Source: a virus. Taken from it: 24,000 nt of DNA. The notes below the pieces were generated by a model. The model was given only the letters and a program-made list of their open reading frames with translations. It was not told the DNA's origin and did not search any database. The stretch lies in the IMG/VR virus record IMGVR_UViG_3300010357_000589, positions 1 to 24,000 of that record; one strand, 5' to 3'. The position numbers and the translations under genes are program-made. Positions 1 through 8,282 of this stretch are shown in pieces. How positions within the stretch are numbered: the first letter of the stretch is position 1; each line of letters opens with the position of its first letter.

Positions 1-770
1 TACCATTTCGTAGGGTCTAATGCCCCACCACTGCGTTTATAAGCAGTTCCAATATTTAATAAATCATCTTTATTCTGTCCTTGCCAAGTTGTGTAATCGC
101 TTAATGCGGTGATAGTCAAATTCCCAGCTTGAATAAAATTAGGCGTTGTTCCTGAGGGAGTAGTTGTTATGAAAGATGTGCTATCTGACGTTAATTCAGA
201 AATCCCACTCGTTCTGAAATTATACGCCCAATATTGAGGCGATGTAGTCGCAGGGGTTATAAACGAAGCACAGTTCCTTGCGTTAAGACAGTTTGGAGCG
301 GAAGCTATGGAAGTATCAGTAACAACATCTCCGTCGTCATCAACCTCAACCACCTCAAAAGCATAATTAAATAATGCAGACCTCGTGCTTGTTGTAATCC
401 CAGTGGTAACTTGAAACGGCATTCTGAATTTTACTTTAGATAGAAGTATTGTTTCTTGGTATTCAGTCGCACCTGTTTCAATCTTTAAATATCTTGATCC
501 ATTTTCTTCGCCATCAACCCCGATTGTATGGTCAGTTCCTTGCTGAACAATAGTCCAATTATTCGTTGTATCAAACGTCGCAAATTCATCTCTAAACCTG
601 TCAATGCAAGTCGTAACTATCTGATTACCATTTTCATTTAACGCACCTTGATTGGCTTCAGTTGCAAGTCGTTCACTAACGCCACTATCATCAACCCCTC
701 TAACTCGTTGTGCGGAGTAACTATTCGTCGCTAAAAGTAAAATTAAAATTATTGATAATATTTTCTTCAT
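1..770 (-). CDS. Signal-peptide-bearing beta-rich putative virion/surface protein, paralog of 779-2119; truncated by left window edge (256 codons visible)
   Basis: Not in ORF track. ATG at 770, RBS AAGGAGG at 774-780, open to the edge. Hand translation MKKILSIILILLLATNSYSAQRVRG...DRFRDEFATFDTTNNWT...ETILLSKVKFRMPFQVTTG...EVVEVDDDGDVV...TTPSGTTPNFIQAGN...ALDPTKW aligns block by block with the neighbouring ORF. Confidence 0.85.
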   Translation of the reverse strand, partial: MKKILSIILILLLATNSYSAQRVRGVDDSGVSERLATEANQGALNENGNQIVTTCIDRFRDEFATFDTTNNWTIVQQGTDHTIGVDGEENGSRYLKIETGATEYQETILLSKVKFRMPFQVTTGITTSTRSALFNYAFEVVEVDDDGDVVTDTSIASAPNCLNARNCASFITPATTSPQYWAYNFRTSGISELTSDSTSFITTTPSGTTPNFIQAGNLTITALSDYTTWQGQNKDDLLNIGTAYKRSGGALDPTKW

Positions 771-778
771 ATTCCTCC

Positions 779-2119
779 TTATGAAACGTATGTCATTGTT
801 ACTATAACTTTACTTGCATCAATCGCTGTTGTATCATTATCAGCAATCCCTTTTGTAACGCCGTAACCAATCCCTAAAGGAAATCTTATCGGTGTAACGC
901 CAGCAGGCACAGAAACTGTCTGTCCAGCAGGGATCATAATCACTAAGACAGGCGTATCAGTTCCCACCGTTGGAGCTGTTGCTTTATTATATAACTTGAA
1001 ATAAACATCATCATTCCCACTATTCGATAAGACTATGTTTGTTATAACGCTAACTGTTCCGTCAACTAAAGTGTCGTTCGTTGAATTTCCGCATATTTGA
1101 TAATGATGAAATGATGACCCGTAACTTGTGGCTACATACGGATAAACTACTGAAACCATATTCTGGACATAGACAGGTGCGGCGGCTTGTGCATCAACTG
1201 GATTAACTAATCCAAAGTCAACAGATACACGAGAAGCATCACAAACCCTAATCATATGAATATTAAAATCAGCGGCGGTAACTGCGGCGTTATTCTTTAA
1301 TCTAATTCTAATTGTATAATTTTTCGTAGGGTCAATAACAGAAGTGTTCTTTTTATATAATGTCCCAACGGTAGTTAAATCAGGACGTTCGCTCGTATAA
1401 TACCCATATTCATTTGTTGCAATAATAACCTGATTTCCAGCTTGAATATAATTAGGATATGAACCAGAAGGCGTTGTTGAAGCATAGTTTCCCATAGCTG
1501 TCGCAACAGCACTCTCTGAATTTGCCGATGCCCTCATTACAAGTCTATTAGTCGTAACTGTCGTTCCATCATAAACGATACCCATTACATTCGGCACAAG
1601 CCCAGAATAAGTCTGTGCATCAGCAGTTTCAACTACATCTCCGTTATCATCAACTTCGACTACCTCCAAGATAGGAAGTAAATTAGCTTGTCGTCCAGAA
1701 GTAGCCGCACCACTCGTATCGCTTGATAAAGTAACTGAAACACCAAACGTAACCTTAAACGGCACTTTAAAACTTTTCTTACATAACAGAATTGTTTCAG
1801 CCCCAGACGTCGTTCCAGAATTGATTGCTAAGAACCTCGCACCGCCTGCAACGCCTCTTAATTCATAAGATTGCCCTGTTCCTAATTGTTTAACTGTCCA
1901 ATTATTAACCTCATCAAAAGTATTGAAATCATCTCTAAATTTATCGTTATGCGTTGAGATGATGGTATTGCCAGAAGTAGAAAGGTTTCCTTGCTTGTCT
2001 GACGTTGCGGGATTGATTATTGTATTAGTCGTGTCCTTTAACTTCATCGCCGAAAAATCAGCACTAAAGGCATTTGTCGCTAATAATAAACATAATAATA
2101 ATGATAAGAATTTCTTCAT
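779..2119 (-). CDS. Signal-peptide-bearing putative virion/surface protein with C-terminal phage structural module (YFKLYNKATAPTVGTDTP)
   Basis: Start reassigned to MKKFLSLLLCLLLATNAFSA (ATG 2119, TAATG overlap with upstream stop). Ser/Thr-rich beta-type sequence; the C-terminal motif recurs in phage structural proteins. Confidence 0.75.
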   Translation of the reverse strand: MKKFLSLLLCLLLATNAFSADFSAMKLKDTTNTIINPATSDKQGNLSTSGNTIISTHNDKFRDDFNTFDEVNNWTVKQLGTGQSYELRGVAGGARFLAINSGTTSGAETILLCKKSFKVPFKVTFGVSVTLSSDTSGAATSGRQANLLPILEVVEVDDNGDVVETADAQTYSGLVPNVMGIVYDGTTVTTNRLVMRASANSESAVATAMGNYASTTPSGSYPNYIQAGNQVIIATNEYGYYTSERPDLTTVGTLYKKNTSVIDPTKNYTIRIRLKNNAAVTAADFNIHMIRVCDASRVSVDFGLVNPVDAQAAAPVYVQNMVSVVYPYVATSYGSSFHHYQICGNSTNDTLVDGTVSVITNIVLSNSGNDDVYFKLYNKATAPTVGTDTPVLVIMIPAGQTVSVPAGVTPIRFPLGIGYGVTKGIADNDTTAIDASKVIVTMTYVS

Positions 2120-3930
2120 TAACTTCCCCTTTCCCAATTCGTTCCATTAGATATAACAACTATTGACCCAGCGTCATACATTTCAACTGACGCTTCTCCT
2201 CTTATTGTTTGACCGCCTGTCCCAATAATAGTTACTGTTCCAATCCCAGAGCTTGCAATAATATTATATTCTCTCCCTTCAATTCCTACTGCGGAAGGCA
2301 AAGTAATCGTTGCAGTATTTGTTACTATAACTTTATGATGTGTTTCATTAAGAGATGTGTTCCCAGAAACAATTGTTACTTTTGAACCAAAAGAACCGCC
2401 AATATCTAACATCGAAGAAGGCGTTGTCGTTCCTATTCCTACATTCCCAGAAGGTTGTTTTATTGCGACTTGAGTTGTTCCATCTCCATCTTTAATTTTT
2501 AGAGTGTGTTCATCTGAACCATCAGAAATAATATCCCAAACAGGAGTTCCTTCATCGGCTAATGTGATTTTTGAAGAATTTATTGCTTTTTTATATGTAA
2601 TAATAACAACACCACTTCCTCCATATCCACCATCACTATTATTCTTTTTACTACCACCACCTCCACCTCCTCCTGTTCCATTCTCCCCGTTAGAGCCTAC
2701 GCCTGTCGTTCCACCATTTCCACCGCCACCAAGTCCACCAGAACCAGCTCCAGGACCAGGACACTCTGTTGGGTCTTGACTTCCACCACCACCACCTCCA
2801 GCGTAATATGAACCTAAAATAGGATGCAAGAACCCTATTCCTCCATTTGGAGTTACACCATTTCCCGCCCCAACTCCACCTGCACCACCGCCACCGCCGG
2901 CAGCTCTTAATGTTGGATAATTTTGAATACCTCTTCCACCAGCATTTCCATATCCTATTGCCCCATTCATAGATATTTGTGTTGCGTCTCCTGGAGCTAC
3001 TTCAGACCAAGCACCACCGCCACCAGAACCACCATCATCACTATAAGTTCCAGATTCTCCATTTCCTTCACCACCACCGTAAGCTATAAATTCAGGAGAA
3101 TCTGCGGATGTTCCAAAATAGGATGAACCAGATTGAACAGAAGGATTTGCTCTTTTACCACCTACACCAACATTTACATAATATGTTTGTCCTCCGACTA
3201 ATTCATAATTACTATGATATAATAACCCACCAGCACCACCACCCCCACCTCCACGATAACCGCCACCACCGCCACCACCGACAACCATTATTTGGGCATA
3301 TCTGCCTACTGTTGGAGCGACAAAAGTAGCCGTTCCTGGTACGGAAAATGTATGAACAACATATTCATATAATCCACTTGTATGAGTAGTTATTACCCCA
3401 CCTTTTGAAGTTATCTCTCCTGTATCAACTGCATTTACCAAAACATCCCCAACAACTTCCAACTTCTCTGAAGGCGTTGAAGTGCCTATTCCGACATTTC
3501 CTGCATTATAATAAATATCTGTTCCGTTATTTGTCCATTGACTTCCAATGTAAGGAGTCCCATTTACATATAAAGCTGTTCCATTTATTATCCCATTTAC
3601 ATCTAATTTAAAAGAAGGATTAGATTTACCAATACCAACAGAATCAGAAGTTGCAGTTAGATAAACATTCGATCCTGATTTTGTCCATCCTGTTGCGTTT
3701 TGAGCATCTGCATCACTATATCCAGGAAGTCCTGCACATTCAGTTTTTCCATTTACATCAGAACATGTTAATCCTGTTGTGAAGTTTAGATAAGGTCGAG
3801 GTCTTAAACTAACACCATTATTTTGAATTATAATTGCTTGTGCAGTTTTTCCGCCAATCGTTGTTTCGCTGTCCGCAAAAGAAACAATAGGCATTATAAT
3901 TAATAATATTAATAATAAAAATTTACGCAT
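2119..3930 (-). CDS. Tail-fibre/adhesin-like protein with signal peptide, VGIG repeats and glycine-rich domain
   Basis: N-term MRKFLLLILLIIMPIVSFA; repeats SDSVGIGKSNP, AGNVGIGTSTP, SGNVGIGTTTP; Gly-rich domain (VVHTF...IMVVGGGGGGG..GGGGGGAGG); C-terminal TITLPSA..G..Y...SNGTNW module. Confidence 0.8.
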   Translation of the reverse strand: MRKFLLLILLIIMPIVSFADSETTIGGKTAQAIIIQNNGVSLRPRPYLNFTTGLTCSDVNGKTECAGLPGYSDADAQNATGWTKSGSNVYLTATSDSVGIGKSNPSFKLDVNGIINGTALYVNGTPYIGSQWTNNGTDIYYNAGNVGIGTSTPSEKLEVVGDVLVNAVDTGEITSKGGVITTHTSGLYEYVVHTFSVPGTATFVAPTVGRYAQIMVVGGGGGGGYRGGGGGGAGGLLYHSNYELVGGQTYYVNVGVGGKRANPSVQSGSSYFGTSADSPEFIAYGGGEGNGESGTYSDDGGSGGGGAWSEVAPGDATQISMNGAIGYGNAGGRGIQNYPTLRAAGGGGGAGGVGAGNGVTPNGGIGFLHPILGSYYAGGGGGGSQDPTECPGPGAGSGGLGGGGNGGTTGVGSNGENGTGGGGGGGSKKNNSDGGYGGSGVVIITYKKAINSSKITLADEGTPVWDIISDGSDEHTLKIKDGDGTTQVAIKQPSGNVGIGTTTPSSMLDIGGSFGSKVTIVSGNTSLNETHHKVIVTNTATITLPSAVGIEGREYNIIASSGIGTVTIIGTGGQTIRGEASVEMYDAGSIVVISNGTNWERGS

Positions 3931-4789
3931 TTCTATTTTTAAGATCCTCTTTTAACTTCCTCAGGGCTTCTTCTGTGTTTTTTTCATCCAGCAATTTAAC
4001 AAGATTAAGCTCTTTAATTAGAAGTTTATTCTCTTGATTTTTAATAGCCGCAAGACTCGCATCGATTGATTTTTGTCTTGATTCAAATAAAGACTTCTCT
4101 TCTTCATATTGTTTAATTTTATCAATCAAAGATTCTTGAATGTTATGAGCTTTTAATATTTCGCTATCCAGAATTTTCTTCTTTTCTTTAATTTCTAATA
4201 TTTGAGCAGAAATAACATTTTTATCATACTCAATTCTTTTCTTCTCAGACAAAACATCTTCCATCGACTCTTTGACTTCTTCTTCTTTCCTTTTTAAATC
4301 AATTAACATAGAGTCTAATTCTTTTTGTTTTTGAATATTAGAATTATAAGTTTCATTTGCGGCGTTTTGAATAAAATTAACAGACTCGATTTTCTTTTTT
4401 AGATCAGCAGACTCTATTAATAGCTTCTGCTCTCTTGATTTAATATCTTTTAGAAAATCTGAATTCTTTTTGACTAAAATTTCCTGTTCAGCTTTATTTC
4501 TTTCTATATCTGCAATAATTATTGATTGCTCACTTTTTATCTTATTTAGTATTGATGTCTCATTAGCAATATCTTCTTTTATCTTCGATAAAATATTCTG
4601 AGACGATTCTTTTTTATCTGTCAAATAATCAATAGACACATTCAAAGACTTTATAATTTCATTCTTCTCATTAATTTGAGAAGAAAAAGATAAATCCATT
4701 TGACGTTTGCTTTGTAATGTAGATTCTAATGAAGATATTCTTTGTTTTAATGAAATTATTTTATTTTCTAATTCTTTTTTATCTTCCAT
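3923..4789 (-). CDS. Long coiled-coil protein, function unknown
   Basis: 288 aa, K/E/I/L-rich heptad pattern throughout, no signal peptide, tightly packed with neighbours. Confidence 0.7.
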   Translation of the reverse strand: MEDKKELENKIISLKQRISSLESTLQSKRQMDLSFSSQINEKNEIIKSLNVSIDYLTDKKESSQNILSKIKEDIANETSILNKIKSEQSIIIADIERNKAEQEILVKKNSDFLKDIKSREQKLLIESADLKKKIESVNFIQNAANETYNSNIQKQKELDSMLIDLKRKEEEVKESMEDVLSEKKRIEYDKNVISAQILEIKEKKKILDSEILKAHNIQESLIDKIKQYEEEKSLFESRQKSIDASLAAIKNQENKLLIKELNLVKLLDEKNTEEALRKLKEDLKNRNA

Positions 4790-4790
4790 A

Positions 4791-5135
4791 TTACATCTCC
4801 GATGTTTTAACTGTTACATAAACTGTTCCTGTAAAATTTGCATTTGTGCATTGAACTTTTAGTTTATCTGAACTTTGAAGGTTCTCCTCTCCTTGAGGCT
4901 TATATCTTGCTGATGATTCTGCAACTAAAACAACATCCCATATTAAAGTATCAAATGCAGATCCAACTCCCATATCTATTGTCGCAGAGACCTGTTCAGA
5001 TATTGGAATAGATGAAGCGACATTAATGCTTTCTATTTTAACTTTTCTTCCGAAGTTAAAAGTATGATTAAGCGGAGCAAGAGATAAATCTTGGCTTATT
5101 GTTAAATCTGATCTTAAAAAATGGGCAGTTTTCAT
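4791..5135 (-). CDS. Small beta-rich putative virion protein (no signal peptide)
   Basis: 114 aa, RBS GGAGG, alternating beta-strand pattern ending KLKVQCTNANFTGTVYVTV. Confidence 0.6.
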   Translation of the reverse strand: MKTAHFLRSDLTISQDLSLAPLNHTFNFGRKVKIESINVASSIPISEQVSATIDMGVGSAFDTLIWDVVLVAESSARYKPQGEENLQSSDKLKVQCTNANFTGTVYVTVKTSEM

Positions 5136-5153
5136 TTTTTAGGCCTCCTAAAA

Positions 5154-5591
5154 TTATTGAGCGAATATTAAATCTACTGTCGCAATTCCATTTCCTGCAT
5201 TTCCTTGAATTAAAAATCTTCCATAAGTCAAATTAACAGACTCTATTGTCGCTAAAGAATATGTGTCTGATGTCGCAGATGTAGAAATAACATCTGTAAC
5301 AATATAAGATGTATCGATTGATCCCTCAATTTTAGGAGGCCTATAAGACTCTTGAAAAGAAATCTTAACATCTGGAGTTGTCCCAGTGACTTTATAAATA
5401 AGACCTATTTTATTAGATGATGCGGTTTTGAATGATTTTGAATATATTGTTCCTGTGCTAGTTACAACAATTGATGTATTATTGCTTGATTTTGCACTGT
5501 TTGATACTCTAAATTGTGCGTTAGCATTAACGCATAATATGAAGCTAAACGCTATCGTTAAAATTAAGTGAATAAACTTGATTCTTTTCAT
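5154..5591 (-). CDS. Signal-peptide-bearing beta-sandwich-like protein
   Basis: MKRIKFIHLILTIAFSFILCVNANA|QF with A-N-A cleavage motif; RBS GGAGGAG; Ser/Thr-rich mature part. Confidence 0.75.
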   Translation of the reverse strand: MKRIKFIHLILTIAFSFILCVNANAQFRVSNSAKSSNNTSIVVTSTGTIYSKSFKTASSNKIGLIYKVTGTTPDVKISFQESYRPPKIEGSIDTSYIVTDVISTSATSDTYSLATIESVNLTYGRFLIQGNAGNGIATVDLIFAQ

Positions 5592-6753
5592 TTTCTCCTC
5601 CGTGTATTAAAGCTATTATTATTGTTGTTATATATTGATAAACGCCCAATTGCCAAATAAATGTTCCAAAAGCACATAAGCATAGAACAACCATAGAAGT
5701 CGAAGTCCTAATATCAGAACTCATTTTGAATGAATTGAATAATGACATTATAAGCAAAATTAATCCAAACAATCCACAAGCATAAAAAAAGTCTAAATAT
5801 TCATTATGAGCCTGATTAAATTTTGTCTTAATATCGTCATTCTTTGCAGAAAATATTACAGCATAAGAACCTAAACCAACGCCTGTGAAAGAATATCTTT
5901 TAAGGTTATCTTCTTTAAAAGGATTTGTTGAGACATCTATAATTGTCCTTTTCCAAACTTCTTTTCTTCCGCTCATCCATTTACCATCTTTAATAACAAA
6001 AATAGCTGTTGATATTAATATGAATATAAATAATATTCTTAAGATATTGAACGATTTACTTAGTCTTACATGATCAAGAAAGATGAAAATATAACCGCAT
6101 ATCATTGATCCTATTCCGACCATACTCTTTGTTAAAATGCAAGATATGGCACATATAATAGATATATATTTCTTATCAACAATCCATGCCAAACAAGCAG
6201 ACAATGCTAAATAAGGTGCTAATAAAGTCGGTTGACCTAAATTTCCGACTATATAAAAAGATGGAACGGTTTTTATTATAGGATTTTCTGATTGTAAATA
6301 AAACTGATCAACGCCGAAAGATTGAATAATTGCATATATGGAAAGAATTAACCCACATTTAATAATAATATTAAAAATTTCATCTATATATTTATAATAT
6401 TGGCTCGCTGTTATAAACAATAGAAACGCAGATAAGACCTCAACCATCGGTTTCCATTTCCAGAAGCTCGTATAATCAACGTCGTTTAGTTGAAATGGCA
6501 TCTTCCACCATAAATGAGAAACATAAAATATGAAAAACACCATTATCGGAATTAATTTAGATCTTTTACTTAAACGGATATTCTTTCCTTCAATCAAATG
6601 TAAACAAAAACAGCCGACAGAGAAAAGCATTAATAAAAAAGCTTTTGCTTCCCTCGTATCGGCTGTTATACATTGCGAGAAAGGTAGTAATTTAATAATT
6701 ATCTCATAAAACGGAATAACAACCAATCCTATAAAAATCAAGTTTAATGTCAT
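5545..6753 (-). CDS. O-antigen ligase / O-oligosaccharyltransferase family (Wzy_C) integral membrane protein
   Basis: About ten hydrophobic segments plus family motifs in canonical order: YAIIQSFGVD, GNLGQPTLLAPYL, LTKS, SGRKEVWK (Arg), GVGLGSY, QAHNEYLDFFYACGLFGL (His). Confidence 0.9.
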   Translation of the reverse strand: MTLNLIFIGLVVIPFYEIIIKLLPFSQCITADTREAKAFLLMLFSVGCFCLHLIEGKNIRLSKRSKLIPIMVFFIFYVSHLWWKMPFQLNDVDYTSFWKWKPMVEVLSAFLLFITASQYYKYIDEIFNIIIKCGLILSIYAIIQSFGVDQFYLQSENPIIKTVPSFYIVGNLGQPTLLAPYLALSACLAWIVDKKYISIICAISCILTKSMVGIGSMICGYIFIFLDHVRLSKSFNILRILFIFILISTAIFVIKDGKWMSGRKEVWKRTIIDVSTNPFKEDNLKRYSFTGVGLGSYAVIFSAKNDDIKTKFNQAHNEYLDFFYACGLFGLILLIMSLFNSFKMSSDIRTSTSMVVLCLCAFGTFIWQLGVYQYITTIIIALIHGGENEKNQVYSLNFNDSV

Positions 6754-6776
6754 TATAACCCTTTTAAATAAAATAA

Positions 6777-7262
6777 TTAATTATTATCTACCCAAGTCCC
6801 AACACGATCTACACAATACCAAAATGAACCATCAGAAACTAAAGTCACAGAATCTCCTGTTGAACCAGCTGATATTAAGCTATCTCCTGTGGCAAATGTG
6901 TCTGCTCCATAAACACATCCCATTAGAGTATCTGACGATTGAGGATCAATGATTATTTTTTTAGATGACCCACTTGATGCAAGAACGAATTTATATATAA
7001 GACCATTTGCGGCTTTCGGTAAAGTCACAGTTGTGTTTGCTGTTGGCTTATATATAAAAGTTTTTCCTGTTTCAGCGGCTGTAATCGTGTCCAGTGTTGC
7101 CGTAACAACTTCATTTAGTTGTTTATATATAACCTGCCCAGAACTGTTAATCCTAAAACTATTTGTAGAAAACTCGTCTCCATCTGCGGCATAAACATTC
7201 ACAGATAAAGCTAACACAAACAGCATTAGAATAATAATTCTTAAATTTTTTATTCTAAACAT
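6777..7262 (-). CDS. Signal-peptide-bearing decoration/head-fibre-like protein
   Basis: MFRIKNLRIIILMLFVLALSVNVYA|AD; module TVTLPKAANGLIYKF...DTLMG...VTLVSDGSFW typical of phage structural proteins; first gene after the capsid gene; RBS GGAGGAG. Confidence 0.7.
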   Translation of the reverse strand: MFRIKNLRIIILMLFVLALSVNVYAADGDEFSTNSFRINSSGQVIYKQLNEVVTATLDTITAAETGKTFIYKPTANTTVTLPKAANGLIYKFVLASSGSSKKIIIDPQSSDTLMGCVYGADTFATGDSLISAGSTGDSVTLVSDGSFWYCVDRVGTWVDNN

Positions 7263-7281
7263 TCTCTCCTCCGTTTGATAA

Positions 7282-7307
7282 GATGGGGGACGATTAAATC
7301 CCCCATC
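7282..7307 (-). terminator. Hairpin directly downstream of the major capsid gene; probable leaky terminator or processing/stability hairpin
   Basis: Perfect 9-bp stem GATGGGGGA/TCCCCCATC with 8-nt loop; only a weak U-tract (UUAUC) follows on the minus strand. Confidence 0.55.
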
Positions 7308-7318
7308 ATTGTTAGCTA

Positions 7319-8257
7319 TTAAAGACCTGTTGAACCAAAAGCGGCACGCCAGTTATCATATCCACAGACATATCTCATCTCGCCTAAGAAATTATAAGCT
7401 CTGATTGAGTAATCAATCCATGCATAATAAGCTGGTTTCTTTCTCCAAACCATTTTGAAATATCCTAACCAAGGAAACACAATATACCAAGCTGTGTTGC
7501 TTCCGCCTAAAGCGGCACCAAGGTAAACATCTTCAACAGGTTTATAATTCCACATACCTTTACGAACTGCAAACTGATTAACATCTCTGTTAGTCGTTCC
7601 AGGTCGTTCAACAGCTCTTTCACTCAAAACTCTTTGAACTTGACCTCGTAATGCAGGTGGGTAAAGTAAAAGAGGATCTTGAGTAATAGGTATTGGAATG
7701 CCTTTCATATCAAACATATTAGCTGAGATTTGGGTCTCTGCTAATTCTAAATTGTCATGGCTGAAAGCTCCAGACAATAAGTTTGAAAATAAAGTTCCGC
7801 TTTCTTCACGATTTTTAGGATGGCTCGCAGAAAATAAATAAACACCATCAGGACCTGCGACGCTGAAACCATTAATCAAAACTCCAGATAAATCTTTTTT
7901 GACTTTAGCATCAGCACCGATACCCATATTCTTTGCATCGCTCTCTTTGCGAATTAAAGCATACTCATCATCTTCAACAGCCTGAAAGGATACTTGGAAC
8001 CCTTTAGTCATATCTCCGACTGTATATGTTTTTGGGTATCCTAAAACAGGATCTTCAAAATTAGCCGCAGATAATTCATCGACTGTTTCCCATTCTCCAA
8101 AACCAGAAATATCATCAACGATGAAATTCTTTTGTTTTGTCGTTATTTCATTAAATGCTTCAATACAGCCGCCTTTATACTGTTCAAAAGTTGATAACAT
8201 AAAACTATCATAAATTGACGTGTATAATTCGGCTACGTTTGCTCTTACTGTAGACAT
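7319..8257 (-). CDS. Major capsid protein, Mu gpT-like (HK97 fold)
   Basis: 312 aa; motifs GPDGVYLFSASHP, LLYPPAL, TAWY, C-terminal DNWRAAFGSTG; position after portal, scaffold and cement genes. Confidence 0.85.
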   Translation of the reverse strand: MSTVRANVAELYTSIYDSFMLSTFEQYKGGCIEAFNEITTKQKNFIVDDISGFGEWETVDELSAANFEDPVLGYPKTYTVGDMTKGFQVSFQAVEDDEYALIRKESDAKNMGIGADAKVKKDLSGVLINGFSVAGPDGVYLFSASHPKNREESGTLFSNLLSGAFSHDNLELAETQISANMFDMKGIPIPITQDPLLLYPPALRGQVQRVLSERAVERPGTTNRDVNQFAVRKGMWNYKPVEDVYLGAALGGSNTAWYIVFPWLGYFKMVWRKKPAYYAWIDYSIRAYNFLGEMRYVCGYDNWRAAFGSTGL

Positions 8258-8282
8258 ATTAATCTCCTTTCTTCAGTGTAAA

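Noticed and set aside
2504-2779. Plus-strand proline-rich ORF
   Set aside because: Antisense shadow of the poly-Gly codons of the 603-aa gene; no RBS.
2640-3290. CCA/CCG-rich runs as a DNA tandem repeat, CRISPR array or DGR variable region
   Set aside because: They simply encode poly-Gly; no constant-repeat/spacer periodicity and no reverse transcriptase in the window.
2060-5591. Cys within the signal peptides of the 2119 and 5591 ORFs as lipoprotein lipoboxes
   Set aside because: Contexts LLLC and FILC do not fit [LVI][ASTVI][GAS]C; signal peptidase I motifs follow further downstream.
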